Of a DNA stretch of 41,221 nucleotides, positions 20,587 through 30,341 are shown one piece after another; within the stretch, counting starts at the first letter, position 1; every line of letters starts with the position of its first letter. Source of the DNA: Gemmatimonadota bacterium. Its GTDB lineage: Bacteria > Gemmatimonadota > Gemmatimonadetes > Palauibacterales > Palauibacteraceae. Under the pieces are notes generated by a model, which worked only from the letters and a program-made list of their open reading frames with translations, was not told the origin of the DNA and did not search any database. The DNA is taken from NCBI GenBank assembly GCA_046758745.1, contig JBHIAV010000026.1, positions 1-41,221 of the forward strand. The letters run 5' to 3'. The translations under genes and the position numbers were made by a program.

Positions 20587-21582
20587 ATGCAAGCCATACT
20601 CCCGCTGGCGGGCAAGGGAACACGCCTTCGCCCCCATACCCACACCCGTCCCAAACCCCTCCTGCGCGTGGCCAACCGGCCCGTGCTGGACTACGTGCTC
20701 GAGCAGCTCGAGTCGGTCGGAGTGAACGAGATCGTCGCCATAACGGGTCACCTGGCGGATCAGATCGAGGCCCACCTGCGGACGGAGCACCCCGAGCTTC
20801 GCGTGCATTGCGTCGAACAGGCCCGTCAGCTCGGGACGGCGGACGCCATCCGGCTGGCCGAGCCGTTCGTTTCCGGCCCGGTCCTGATCGTGTTCGTGGA
20901 TACCCTGTTCGACGCCGATCTCACCGTCATCGAGCGCCGTCCCGACGTGAGTGGAATCGTGTGGGCGAAGGAGGTGGAAGACTACCAGCGCTTCGGGGTG
21001 ATCGTGACGGACGGAGAGGGGTACATGAAGCGGATCGTGGAGAAGCCGCGGGAGCCGATCTCGAAGCTGGCGAACATCGGTGTGTACTACGTTCGCGATT
21101 CCGGCTGGATGTTCGAGGGGGTGCGGCACGTGATGGCCCGAGCGCCGCTCCTGGGGGAGTACTTCCTCACGGATGCCTTCCAGTTCATGATCGAGGGCGG
21201 GGCGCGTCTCCTCACGGCCGAGGTGAGCGGCTGGTGGGACTGCGGCAAGCTCGAGACGATGCTGGAGACGAACCGCGAGATGCTGCGCCGTCGCGCCGAC
21301 GGAGCCTCCGTCCCGGGAGAGGCGGCGGCCGACGGGCTCGTCTGCCTCGGCGATGGGGTCGAGCTGGACGACGCGACGCTCGGACCGAACGTGAGCGTGG
21401 GCGCGGGCTCGATCGTGCGGCGAAGCCGGCTCCGGGACTGCATTGTGGGCGAGAACTCCCTGGTGGAGGATTCCGATCTGGCGACATCGATGGTCGGGGA
21501 CGAGGCGATCGTGAGAGGTGTGAGAGGCGCGGTCAGTCTGGGCGATCACGCGACAGTGGACGCCGCGCGCCGGCTGCCATGA
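20587..21582 (+). CDS. Sugar-phosphate nucleotidyltransferase (long-form G1P thymidylyltransferase-like, C-terminal beta-helix)
   Basis: LAGKGTRLRPHT..PKPLL, QLGTADA, FGVI, IVEKP, GEYFLTDA, WWDCG; hexapeptide-like tail. Confidence 0.9.
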   Translation: MQAILPLAGKGTRLRPHTHTRPKPLLRVANRPVLDYVLEQLESVGVNEIVAITGHLADQIEAHLRTEHPELRVHCVEQARQLGTADAIRLAEPFVSGPVLIVFVDTLFDADLTVIERRPDVSGIVWAKEVEDYQRFGVIVTDGEGYMKRIVEKPREPISKLANIGVYYVRDSGWMFEGVRHVMARAPLLGEYFLTDAFQFMIEGGARLLTAEVSGWWDCGKLETMLETNREMLRRRADGASVPGEAAADGLVCLGDGVELDDATLGPNVSVGAGSIVRRSRLRDCIVGENSLVEDSDLATSMVGDEAIVRGVRGAVSLGDHATVDAARRLP

Positions 21583-22838
21583 CGAACGACGGCGAAACGA
21601 AAGATCTCATTCATGACTGGAACCGTCTCCCGGGGTGCTTCGACTACACGAGAGTGGAGGTCGAGCTCGACGACGAGACGCTCCGGGACGGACTCCAGAA
21701 CCCCTCGGTGGTGGACCCGCCGATCGAGCTCAAGATCCGGCTGCTCCACCTCATGGTCGAGCTGGGGATCCACGCCGCCGACATCGGGCTCCCCGGTGCC
21801 GGCCCTCGGGCCAAGGGGGCGGCTCTCGCGCTGGCGCGTGAGGTCGCGCGGGGAGGGCTGCCGATCTTCCCCAACTGCGCGGCGCGCACCGTGCGCGCCG
21901 ACATCGAACCGATCGCGGACATCGCCCAGGCGACCGGGCTCCGGATGGAGGTCGGAGCGTTCATCGGGAGCTCTCCGATCCGGCTGTACGCGGAGGGATG
22001 GGAGCCCGACATGCTCTACCGGTCCACCGAGGACGCCGTGACGTTCGCCGTCTCCGAAGGGCTGGACGTGATGTACGTAACGGAGGATACCACCCGCGCC
22101 CGGCCGGAGATGCTGCGCAGGCTGTACACCACCGCGATCGAGTGTGGGGCCCGGCGCATCTGCCTCGCGGACACGGTGGGACACGCCACTCCTCACGGCG
22201 TGCGGCAGCTCGTCCGCTTCATCAAGGGGGTGGTGGCCGACACCGGCGAAGAGGTGAAGATCGACTGGCACGGGCACCGGGACCGGGGGCTCGGGATGCC
22301 GAACGCCCTGGCGGCCATAGAGGAGGGCGTCGATCGCGTGCATGGAACCGCGCTCGGCATCGGGGAACGGGTCGGGAACACCGAGATGGACCTCCTGCTC
22401 GTCAACCTCAAGCTCCTCGGCATGCACGACCGAGACCTCAGGCGGCTCCCGGTGTACTGCCGGCTGGCGGCGGAGATCTGCGGCCTGGAGATCCCGCACA
22501 ACTATCCCGTCATGGGTTGCGATGCGTTCCGCACCGGCACGGGCGTGCACGCCGCTGCGATCATCAAGGCGATGCGGAAGCAGGACGGGTGGCTGGTGGA
22601 CCGTGTGTACAGCGGCGTTCCCGCATCGGAGTTCGGGCTGCGTCAGAGGATCGAGGTGTCGCCGGTCTCCGGGCTCAGCAACGTCCGCTACTGGCTCGCC
22701 GAGCACGGTTACGACGCCGAGGATGAGGAGCTGTGCAGTGCCGTGTTCGCACTGGCCAAGCGGTGCGACCACACCCTCACGCGCGAGGAGATCGAGGCGG
22801 AGATCGGCCTCCTTGAAGCGCGGCGGAGCGCCGGGTGA
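21579..22838 (+). CDS. DRE-TIM metallolyase, LeuA/homocitrate/Re-citrate synthase-like, lacking the C-terminal regulatory domain
   Basis: DETLRDGLQ, EDTTR, LADTVG, HGHRDRG, GIGERVGN, GVHAAA; 419 aa. Confidence 0.85.
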   Translation: MTNDGETKDLIHDWNRLPGCFDYTRVEVELDDETLRDGLQNPSVVDPPIELKIRLLHLMVELGIHAADIGLPGAGPRAKGAALALAREVARGGLPIFPNCAARTVRADIEPIADIAQATGLRMEVGAFIGSSPIRLYAEGWEPDMLYRSTEDAVTFAVSEGLDVMYVTEDTTRARPEMLRRLYTTAIECGARRICLADTVGHATPHGVRQLVRFIKGVVADTGEEVKIDWHGHRDRGLGMPNALAAIEEGVDRVHGTALGIGERVGNTEMDLLLVNLKLLGMHDRDLRRLPVYCRLAAEICGLEIPHNYPVMGCDAFRTGTGVHAAAIIKAMRKQDGWLVDRVYSGVPASEFGLRQRIEVSPVSGLSNVRYWLAEHGYDAEDEELCSAVFALAKRCDHTLTREEIEAEIGLLEARRSAG

Positions 22839-23044
22839 GAGCGCTGGCTCGCCGGGGCGTGGGGAGAAGGCTCGCCGGGGTGACCCTGCTGCTGGGCGGG
22901 CTCACCGGTGCGTTCTCCTCGCTGAGTCTGGCCGCCGCGGGCCGGACGACCGCGGCCCTGGTCGCCGCCGTGGTGGGCGTTGCCGTGGCCGTGGCCGGCG
23001 TGCTGGTGCTGGCCCGGCTGGGCCGGGGGAGCGGCTCCCGCTGA
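22835..23044 (+). CDS. Small two-TM membrane protein
   Basis: GTGA overlap with the upstream stop; two hydrophobic stretches; fills the operon gap. Confidence 0.55.
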   Translation: MRALARRGVGRRLAGVTLLLGGLTGAFSSLSLAAAGRTTAALVAAVVGVAVAVAGVLVLARLGRGSGSR

Positions 23045-23049
23045 GGCCG

Positions 23050-23640
23050 GTGCGCCGTTTCGCCCTGGCCGCCGTCCATCTCTGGGGGGCGACCCTGCTG
23101 CTGGCGGGCGGGGGAGCGGCGAACGCTCAGGAGGTGCCGTCCAGGACGAGCCGGGTGGCCTTCGCCTCCATGGACGTGTCCCTCGGCGGCACCCTCGTCG
23201 ACGATGCCGACCCGAACATCTCCTACGGAGCGGGGACCGACATCGCGAACCTGATCCTCCCCCGAACGCTGTTTCGCGTCGGTTTCCGCTTTTGGTCGGG
23301 CGACGACACGAGCGGACCGCGCACGGTCGAGATCGACGACTTCACCCTCAGCCTCATGCTGCGCAAGCGCTTCACGGACAGGGGGGTGTCGCTATACGGA
23401 GGGCTGGGGCCCGGCCTTCATTTCGTCGCGGCCCGCTTCGACGACCGCATCGCCGAGAAGGAGCGTCGGGACGCGTTTCGGCTCGGTGTGGACGGGCAGT
23501 TTGGCCTGGAGTTCGCGGTTGGCGAGGACGGGTTCGTGAACGCCTTCGCGGAGGCGACGGGGAGCCTGGTGGACAAGGTGAGCCACTTGTCGCTGCAGGG
23601 CGGCCTGCGGCTCCGCTTCGACAGCCTCGGCCGACGGTGA
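23050..23640 (+). CDS. Outer-membrane beta-barrel protein (8-stranded, OmpA/OmpW-like)
   Basis: Signal peptide ending ANA-Q; alternating beta-strands ([18 protein letters not shown]); terminal GGLRLRF. Confidence 0.7.
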   Translation: MRRFALAAVHLWGATLLLAGGGAANAQEVPSRTSRVAFASMDVSLGGTLVDDADPNISYGAGTDIANLILPRTLFRVGFRFWSGDDTSGPRTVEIDDFTLSLMLRKRFTDRGVSLYGGLGPGLHFVAARFDDRIAEKERRDAFRLGVDGQFGLEFAVGEDGFVNAFAEATGSLVDKVSHLSLQGGLRLRFDSLGRR

Positions 23641-24461
23641 GCGCCGTCCGAAGTCCGATCATCTCTTCGGCGAGCGAGCCCGCGGGCCGGGCCCACCTTC
23701 CGCGCCCCGCGGTGATCGCGCACCGGGGAGCGGCGGCCGAGGCGCCCGAGAACACGATGCCGGCCTTCGCGCTGGGCCTCGAGCAGGGGGCGGACGGGCT
23801 GGAGCTCGATGTTCGGCGTACCGCTGACGGCGAGCTCGTGGTCATCCACGACGCGACGCTGGATCGGACGACGGATGGGCGGGGCCGGGTGGCCGAGCTC
23901 ACGTTCCGGGAGGTTCGGGGCGCGGACGCCGGGACGAGCTCCGTCCACGGCGCGCGAGCGACGAGGGAACCGACGCCCGTGCCTGCGCTCCACGAGGTGT
24001 TCGAGCGCTACCCGGAGGTCGAGATCACGGTCGATGTGAAGGACGTCGCCGCCACCGCCGACGTGGTGGCGCTGATCCGGGATTTCGGCCGCCTTGCGCG
24101 GACGATCCTGTATGTGGAGGAGGGAACCAGGCGCCGGGCCTTTCGCGAGTATCCCGGCCGTCGTGCGACCTCGACCAGGCAAGCTGTTCGCCTGGCAGGC
24201 CGGCGCCGGTGGGTCCGGGACCCCGGCGATCGAAGCGTCCCCGAAGTGATCCACACTCCCCTGCGGCACGGGGACCTTCCGATCGTGACGCCGGAGTACG
24301 TCGCCCGGGCGCACGACGCGGGGCGGACGATCCAGGTGTGGACGATCAACGATCCACCGGAGATGAGCCGACTGGCGGGCTGGGAGGTGGATGGGATCAT
24401 CACGGATGAGGTGCGGGCGGCGGTGGCCCGCCTCCGATCGGGGGCCCGAGATGTCGCTTGA
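23637..24461 (+). CDS. Glycerophosphodiester phosphodiesterase family protein
   Basis: [39 protein letters not shown]. Confidence 0.92.
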   Translation: MSAVRSPIISSASEPAGRAHLPRPAVIAHRGAAAEAPENTMPAFALGLEQGADGLELDVRRTADGELVVIHDATLDRTTDGRGRVAELTFREVRGADAGTSSVHGARATREPTPVPALHEVFERYPEVEITVDVKDVAATADVVALIRDFGRLARTILYVEEGTRRRAFREYPGRRATSTRQAVRLAGRRRWVRDPGDRSVPEVIHTPLRHGDLPIVTPEYVARAHDAGRTIQVWTINDPPEMSRLAGWEVDGIITDEVRAAVARLRSGARDVA

Positions 24462-25110
24462 GTCGGGGATCCTCCGGTCGCTCATGCTCCTGGGGGCGTG
24501 CGGCGCGGTCTCCCCCATCCCTGCCGCCGCGCAGAAGAAGGAGGACATACCGAGCTTCCCATTCGGCACTCCGGTCGTCGTGTTGCCCGTTCAATCCGCG
24601 CTGCCGCGGCCGAATGGGGAGTGGCCGGGCGGAAGCGCCGACGAGGCCGAGGTGCTGGAAGCCCTCAACGCGGAGCTCACATTCGCCTTCGGCGAGCGCC
24701 GCGCGGCGGCTGACTGGGCAAGCCCCGGCATGGTGGTACGCCGGGCGAAGCGAAACCCGCTCCTCGGCATCGATCCGGAGCGTGTGGCCTACCAGGGCCT
24801 GATAAAGCCCATCGAGGGCCAACTGTACGAGCCGCTGCACGGGCAGCTTCGCGCACTGGCGGCCCTCTTCGGCGCCAGGTTCGTGGTGCTGCCGCTCGCC
24901 GTGTGGGACCGGCCCGGAGAGCCGGAGGAGGAGACCGGCGCCGGGCCGCGTCCTCGCCGGCGCGCGGTCCTCCTGGTGGCGATGATCGATATCCGAAGCA
25001 GCCGCGTGCTGTGGCACGGGGAGATCGAGGGAGGGGCGGCGCCGCCCGACTCGCCCGCTCTTCTGGGCACCCTGGCGGATCGGGTGGCGCGCGCGCTGGC
25101 TCCGTCGTGA
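24451..25110 (+). CDS. Hypothetical exported protein
   Basis: Signal peptide (..PAAA-Q); alpha/beta body ending with IDIRSSRVLW; overlaps both neighbours. Confidence 0.6.
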   Translation: MSLESGILRSLMLLGACGAVSPIPAAAQKKEDIPSFPFGTPVVVLPVQSALPRPNGEWPGGSADEAEVLEALNAELTFAFGERRAAADWASPGMVVRRAKRNPLLGIDPERVAYQGLIKPIEGQLYEPLHGQLRALAALFGARFVVLPLAVWDRPGEPEEETGAGPRPRRRAVLLVAMIDIRSSRVLWHGEIEGGAAPPDSPALLGTLADRVARALAPS

Positions 25111-25628
25111 GGGCGGCACAGGGCCTCCGCGCCGCTGCCACATCCCTGGCCCTCCTCACGGCCGGCACGGCCGCGGCCTGCTCGGGCGGCCAGGGGCTCG
25201 CGCTGCCTACGGCGAGCGACCTCGAGGGCCTGTACGGCCCCGATCCCGAGGTGACCCTCAACGGCAACGTGGTCGATGTGCGCGTCGTACAGCCCGCCTC
25301 CCAGCTCGCGCGGGGCGGTACGCTGTGGGCCAGGGTCGGGCCCTATATTTATCTGTTTTCGCCGCAGACTCAGGAGCTGTTCGAAGGCTACACGGGGCTG
25401 GCCGCCGTGCGGGTGCGCACCCTCGATTCCGGCGGCGAGCGCGTCGCGGAGGCGCTGCTCGAGCGGGGCACCCTCAACAGCCTGACCTGGCCGCGCGCCC
25501 GGCAGCTCGTCGGCCGGGCCCGCTTGGAGGGAACGACCCGCCCCAGCTACATGATCGACCTCGTCCGGTACGGTGAGGAGCACGCGGGGTTCACGTACAA
25601 CTCGAGGTACGTGGGCACACAGCCATGA
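25107..25628 (+). CDS. Hypothetical lipoprotein
   Basis: GTGA overlap; lipobox TAAAC; conserved-looking RGGTLWARVGPYIYLFSP. Confidence 0.65.
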   Translation: MRAAQGLRAAATSLALLTAGTAAACSGGQGLALPTASDLEGLYGPDPEVTLNGNVVDVRVVQPASQLARGGTLWARVGPYIYLFSPQTQELFEGYTGLAAVRVRTLDSGGERVAEALLERGTLNSLTWPRARQLVGRARLEGTTRPSYMIDLVRYGEEHAGFTYNSRYVGTQP

Positions 25629-26659
25629 GCCACACCGTGACCCTGATCCCGGGCGACGGGATCGGTCCGGACATCACGAAGGCCACGGTTCGGATCCTGG
25701 AAGCGGCCGGGGTGCCGATCCACTGGGAGGAGCAGATGGCCGGCGTCACGGCCCAGGAGAGGGGCCTGGACCCGCTCCCGCAGGCCACGGTCGAGTCGAT
25801 CGCGCGCAACCGCGTGGCCCTGAAGGGGCCGCTCACCACGCCGATCGGATCCGGCTTCCGCTCAATCAACGTTGCGCTGCGCAAGCACTTCGACTTGTAC
25901 GCCAACGTCCGACCTGCCCACTCCATCGTGCCCGGCGGACGGTACCGGGACATCGATCTCGTCATCGTGCGGGAGAACACAGAGGGGTTGTACGCCGGCA
26001 TCGAGCACTTCATCGGAATGGAGCAGGACCCCAAGGCCGTGGCGGAGTCGGTGATGCTCATCACGCGGTACGGCTCCCGCCGGATCGTCCGTTTCGCCTT
26101 CGACTACGCGGTGACGCACGGTCGGAAGAAGGTCACGCTGGTGCACAAGGCGAACATCCTGAAGTGCACGCAGGCGCTCTTCCTCGAGGTCGGTCGCGAG
26201 GTCGCAAAGGAGTACGAGGGTCGGGTGGAGTTCGACGAGAAGATCGTCGACAACACCGCGATGCAGCTCGTCCTCGACCCATACCAGTTCGACGTGCTGG
26301 TGACCGAGAACATGTTCGGGGACATCCTGTCGGACGAGGTGGCCGGGCTGGTCGGCGGCCTGGGCTTCGCGCCTGGCGCGAACATCGGCGTCGACGTGGC
26401 GATCTTCGAGGCGGTGCACGGATCGGCTCCCGACATAGCCGGCCTCGGGATCGCGAACCCCTCCTCTCTCGTCCTGGCGGCGTGCCTGATGCTCGAGCAC
26501 CTGGGCTCGCGGGAGATCGCCCACCGCATCCGGGGCGCGCTGCACGCGACGCTGGCGGACCGGAGGGTCGTGACCCCCGACCTGGGTGGCACGGCAACGA
26601 CGCACGAGCTCGCCTCCGCGATCATCGACAACCTGGCGACGGATGCCGCGCCCGTTTGA
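25625..26659 (+). CDS. Isocitrate/isopropylmalate dehydrogenase family enzyme, probably NAD+-dependent isocitrate dehydrogenase
   Basis: IPGDGIGP, KGPLTTPIGSGFRSINVALR (S-x-N isocitrate signature), RENTEG, HKANI, NMFGDILSD, EAVHGSAPDIAG (Asp typical of NAD use). Confidence 0.9.
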   Translation: MSHTVTLIPGDGIGPDITKATVRILEAAGVPIHWEEQMAGVTAQERGLDPLPQATVESIARNRVALKGPLTTPIGSGFRSINVALRKHFDLYANVRPAHSIVPGGRYRDIDLVIVRENTEGLYAGIEHFIGMEQDPKAVAESVMLITRYGSRRIVRFAFDYAVTHGRKKVTLVHKANILKCTQALFLEVGREVAKEYEGRVEFDEKIVDNTAMQLVLDPYQFDVLVTENMFGDILSDEVAGLVGGLGFAPGANIGVDVAIFEAVHGSAPDIAGLGIANPSSLVLAACLMLEHLGSREIAHRIRGALHATLADRRVVTPDLGGTATTHELASAIIDNLATDAAPV

Positions 26660-27002
26660 ACTCGGTGAGGAGGGACGCTGCCGCATCTGCCGGAACGTGG
26701 TCCCGGAGCACACCCTCGACGCCCGCGTGTGGTGCGAGGCGTGCCGGGAGGAGCTTCGGAGGAAGGTGGCGGTAGGACAGCACGCCGTTGCCGTGCTGGT
26801 GACCGCCCCGTTCGCCGCGTGGATCGCCATCGAGGGCGTCAAGGGGTTCCTTCCCCGCTACGCCTGGCTCCTCCCGCTCGCCGCGGCCTACTATCTGGGC
26901 CTGAGGATCGGGCGGGAGACGTTGCGCGGCGTGTTGACGGCGCTGAGATCGCGGCGGCGGGATATCGAGGGATGTGCGGCAAATCAGGAGCGCGAACCAT
27001 GA
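26643..27002 (+). CDS. Hypothetical membrane protein with N-terminal CxxC...CxxC zinc ribbon
   Basis: CRIC and CEAC followed by two TM helices; overlaps both neighbours. Confidence 0.6.
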   Translation: MPRPFELGEEGRCRICRNVVPEHTLDARVWCEACREELRRKVAVGQHAVAVLVTAPFAAWIAIEGVKGFLPRYAWLLPLAAAYYLGLRIGRETLRGVLTALRSRRRDIEGCAANQEREP

Positions 27003-28180
27003 GCTTCGAAGGTGTCGACTTCTACGATGTGGACGGGCTCCTCAGCGATGAGGAACGGGCCGTGCGCGACATGGTTCGGGAGTGGGTGGAGGCCGAGGTG
27101 ATGCCGATCATCGGCCACCATTACACGGAGCGCATCTTTCCGAAGGAGCTGATCCCGAAGATGGGGGAGCTCGGCTTCTTCGGCGCGAACCTCCCGGAGG
27201 AGTACGGGTGCGCCGGCCTCAACAACGTCGCGTACGGCCTCATCATGCAGGAGCTCGAGCGGGGCGACTCCGGCCTCCGCTCCTTCGCCTCGGTGCAGGG
27301 CGCGCTCGTCATGTACCCGATCTTCGCCTTCGGCTCGGAGGGGCAGAAGGAGAAGTGGCTTCCGCTACTCGCCTCTGGTGAGAAGGTAGGCTGCTTCGGC
27401 CTCACGGAGCCCGACTTCGGTTCCAACCCTGCCGGCATGATCACCCGGGCCGTGAAGGATGGGGACGGCTGGGTGCTCAACGGGGCCAAGATGTGGATCA
27501 CGAACGGTTCCATGGCCGACGTCGCGATCATCTGGGCGAAGACCGGTGAGCTCGACGATCCCTCCTCGATCCGCGGGTTCATCGTGGAGACGGACCGGGA
27601 GGGGTTCACGGCCAGAGACCAGAAGGGGAAGCTCTCCCTCCTCGCTTCCGACACGAGTGAGCTGGCCTTGCAGGACGTGCGCCTGCCGGCCGAAGCGATC
27701 CTCCCCGAAAGCGGAGGGCTCAAGAGCCCGCTCAGCTGCCTGAACCAGGCCCGCTACGGCATCGCCTGGGGGGCGGTGGGAGCCGCCATGGCATGCTACT
27801 GCGAGGCGCGCGACTACGGCCTGAGCCGCGTGCAGTTCGACAGGCCGATCGCCGGCTACCAGATCCAGCAGATCCGCCTCGCCGAGATGTTGACCGAGAT
27901 CACGAAGGCCCAGCTGCTAGCGCTCCGGCTCGGCCGTCTGAAGGACGCCGGGACGATGAGGCCGCAGCAGGTATCGCTCGCCAAGCGCAACAACGTCCAC
28001 GTGGCGTGCGAGTGCGCCCGCGAGGCGCGGCGGCTCCTCGGGGCGAACGGGATCCTCGCCGAGTACCAGTCGATGCGACACATGGCCAACCTCGAGTCCG
28101 TGTACACCTACGAGGGGACGCACGACATCCACGGGCTCATCCTGGGACAGGCGATCACCGGGATCCCGGCGTTCAGCTAG
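26999..28180 (+). CDS. gcdH: Acyl-CoA dehydrogenase, glutaryl-CoA dehydrogenase-like
   Basis: ELERGDSGLRS, GCFGLTEPDFGSNP, LNGAKMWITNG, LNQARYGIAWG, SLAKRNN, NLESVYTYEGTHDIH; SD CAGGAG. Confidence 0.88.
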   Translation: MSFEGVDFYDVDGLLSDEERAVRDMVREWVEAEVMPIIGHHYTERIFPKELIPKMGELGFFGANLPEEYGCAGLNNVAYGLIMQELERGDSGLRSFASVQGALVMYPIFAFGSEGQKEKWLPLLASGEKVGCFGLTEPDFGSNPAGMITRAVKDGDGWVLNGAKMWITNGSMADVAIIWAKTGELDDPSSIRGFIVETDREGFTARDQKGKLSLLASDTSELALQDVRLPAEAILPESGGLKSPLSCLNQARYGIAWGAVGAAMACYCEARDYGLSRVQFDRPIAGYQIQQIRLAEMLTEITKAQLLALRLGRLKDAGTMRPQQVSLAKRNNVHVACECAREARRLLGANGILAEYQSMRHMANLESVYTYEGTHDIHGLILGQAITGIPAFS

Positions 28181-29361
28181 GACCCGCGGTCCGGCAGGCT
28201 CAGAGCGTACGGTTCGGCGAGCACGGACGGGAGCGGCGGGTCGGCTCGGCTTCCGGCGCGGGGCGCAGAGCCGGCGGGAAGCGAGTGGGAGCGCAAGAAG
28301 TCCCACATCGCCCGGCTCGCATCGAAGTCGCGGCTCGCCTTTCCGATGAAGAAGCCGGGCAGGTATTGCGGGCCCCCGGGCCATGCATGTCCGCCCCCTT
28401 CCACCCGATACTCCACCACCTCGGCGCCCTGCTCGCAGCCGGTGAACTCCGACCGCGTCACCGTCGTGCCGTCGCGCGCCGGGTCGGGCAGCGAATCGCG
28501 CCGCGCCCCCTCCGGCTCGCAGCCGTTCCGCGCCGCCCACAGCTCGCCCGAGCGAAGCGGCGCGAGATCGAACTCTTCGTTCAGCGGGGCGAGCGCGGGA
28601 TCCTCGGTGCCGTTCACGAAGACGGCGGGCATGCGGCGCCGGTCCGGGCAGTCCGGTCCCCACCCCGGATAGACGCCGCCAGCCGCCATGCCGATCGCGG
28701 CCAGCCGGTCCGACAGGGCGCACGCGTGGCGCGCGAGGAGGAAGGCCGAGTTGGAGAAACCGACGGCATAGACTCGGCCTTCGTCGATCGGGTACCGGCG
28801 AGCCACGTCGTCCAGCAGAGCGCGGAGGAAGCCGAGGTCGTCCACCCGGCGCTTCGAGGCGGGCTTCACGCCGTCGCCGTCGTTCCAGCTCCGCCGGTAG
28901 CCCTCCGGGTAGACGACGAGAAAGCCCTCGCGGCGGGCGAGGCGCTCGAAGCCTGTGAGCTGGCGGATCCCCCGCCAGCTCTGCAGGAAGCCGTGCATCA
29001 CGATCAACACGGGGAGCGATCGGGTGGTCGGCGTGCCGCCTTCAGGCAGAAAGACGTGGTACCTGCGCTCCAGGCCGCCGACGAGGAGGCTGTGCGACGG
29101 AAGACGCGCGGCGTTGAAAGCGGCCGGTATGGCCAGCGCGAGGCCGAGGGCGCCGAGCGGCAGGACGGCTCGCCGCACGAGCCCGCGCGCGCGACGCGCC
29201 TGCCGGAACGCGCCGGCCAGGGTGAGGATCCATCCCGCGAGGACGGTGAGACGGAGGATCCAATACGGCCCGGCGAGACCGAGAGACCGCCACAGCGAGG
29301 AGAAGGCGAGGACGCTCCCGGTGAGGGTGAGGGTGAGTCCGAGGAGGATGGCCCGGCTCAT
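28177..29361 (-). CDS. LpqC/PHB-depolymerase-like esterase with N-terminal TM helices
   Basis: VLIVMHG, FLVVYPEG, SWNDG, VDDLGFL, YAVGFSNS (nucleophile elbow), NGTED, GGGHAWPG. Confidence 0.85.
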   Translation of the reverse strand: MSRAILLGLTLTLTGSVLAFSSLWRSLGLAGPYWILRLTVLAGWILTLAGAFRQARRARGLVRRAVLPLGALGLALAIPAAFNAARLPSHSLLVGGLERRYHVFLPEGGTPTTRSLPVLIVMHGFLQSWRGIRQLTGFERLARREGFLVVYPEGYRRSWNDGDGVKPASKRRVDDLGFLRALLDDVARRYPIDEGRVYAVGFSNSAFLLARHACALSDRLAAIGMAAGGVYPGWGPDCPDRRRMPAVFVNGTEDPALAPLNEEFDLAPLRSGELWAARNGCEPEGARRDSLPDPARDGTTVTRSEFTGCEQGAEVVEYRVEGGGHAWPGGPQYLPGFFIGKASRDFDASRAMWDFLRSHSLPAGSAPRAGSRADPPLPSVLAEPYALSLPDRGS

Positions 29362-29624
29362 CGGCTCGCTCTACGGGACGGCCACCGCCTGGTGAAGACG
29401 AGAGGCGGGATCATGATCGCGATCTCTTCGTCCGCGGCTCGCTCCGCATGGTTTCCCAGGTGCGTAGCTCTCTACGGTCGTGGCCGGAGTGCCTGCCGTT
29501 CTCCCATGATGAAGAGCCCGGGCGAGCCACGTCCAGCCGTCCTTCGCATCGGGGTCCGGGAGATTCGAATCGGTCAACGGTGCCGCCGCCGCGCGGCCGG
29601 CCTCGTCGCCGGGAGCGCAGAGGC

Positions 29625-30341
29625 TCAGGCCGCCAGGATGAACCAGTCCATGCTGGTTCCCACCGCCCAGTGGATCACGGCCGTGTACCACATCGAGCCG
29701 AGTCGCAAGCTGACCCAGCCGAAACCCAGGCTGGCGGGAAGGGCCGAAAGTGTCTCCGTGAGCGGCCGGCCGAAGTGGGCGGTCACGGCGAGCCCCGTCT
29801 GTGTGGCGTTGGCCGAGGCGCGGCCCGCACGGCCCGCGAGACCGAAGAGGAGCACGCCGCGGAAGAGCACCTCCCACGACCCGTAGTACAGGAAGTTCCG
29901 AAGCGCGTGGGGGAGGAAGCGGGCCAGCTCCGTGCCGACCGCCGGGTCGAGGGGATACACCGCGCGCATCGCCGGCGAGCCGGCCGCGATCTTGCCGGCG
30001 ACGATCGCCAGCGGGATGCCGACGCCGAGCCACGCGAGACCCTCTCGCCAGCGGCCGAGGCCCAGACCGAGCTCCCTCGGGCGCAGGCCGCACAACCAGC
30101 GGGCCGCGAGGAGGGGAAGGATGGCGAGCAGGAGCGCGGATCCGACGTAGTGTAGAGTGGGCGCAAGCGGCCCTCCCGTGACCACGAACCAGTCGTGCCG
30201 GGGGGAGCCGGAACCGATGCGGTCCGCCCGGGCCAGGTAATACGAGGCGAAGAGCGCGATGGTGGCGACGAGCAGGAGGGTCTCGGAGCTTCGCCGCCGC
30301 CGCGCCGCGATGGCCAGGGAGTTCGGGGTGGCGCCGTTCAC
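29625..30341 (-). CDS. CPBP (Abi/CAAX) family intramembrane protease-like protein
   Basis: Multi-TM; WEVLFRG, AHFGRP..E and IHW motifs. Confidence 0.8.
   Translation of the reverse strand: MNGATPNSLAIAARRRRSSETLLLVATIALFASYYLARADRIGSGSPRHDWFVVTGGPLAPTLHYVGSALLLAILPLLAARWLCGLRPRELGLGLGRWREGLAWLGVGIPLAIVAGKIAAGSPAMRAVYPLDPAVGTELARFLPHALRNFLYYGSWEVLFRGVLLFGLAGRAGRASANATQTGLAVTAHFGRPLTETLSALPASLGFGWVSLRLGSMWYTAVIHWAVGTSMDWFILAA

Noticed and set aside
21579..26659. Gene symbols leuA/leuB
   Set aside because: The synthase lacks the regulatory domain, the dehydrogenase has isocitrate-type rather than IPMDH signatures, and leuC/leuD are absent from the window.
29362..29624. Small CDS between the CPBP and esterase genes
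   Set aside because: The open frame from TTG near 29577 has no SD or protein-like features; treated as intergenic.
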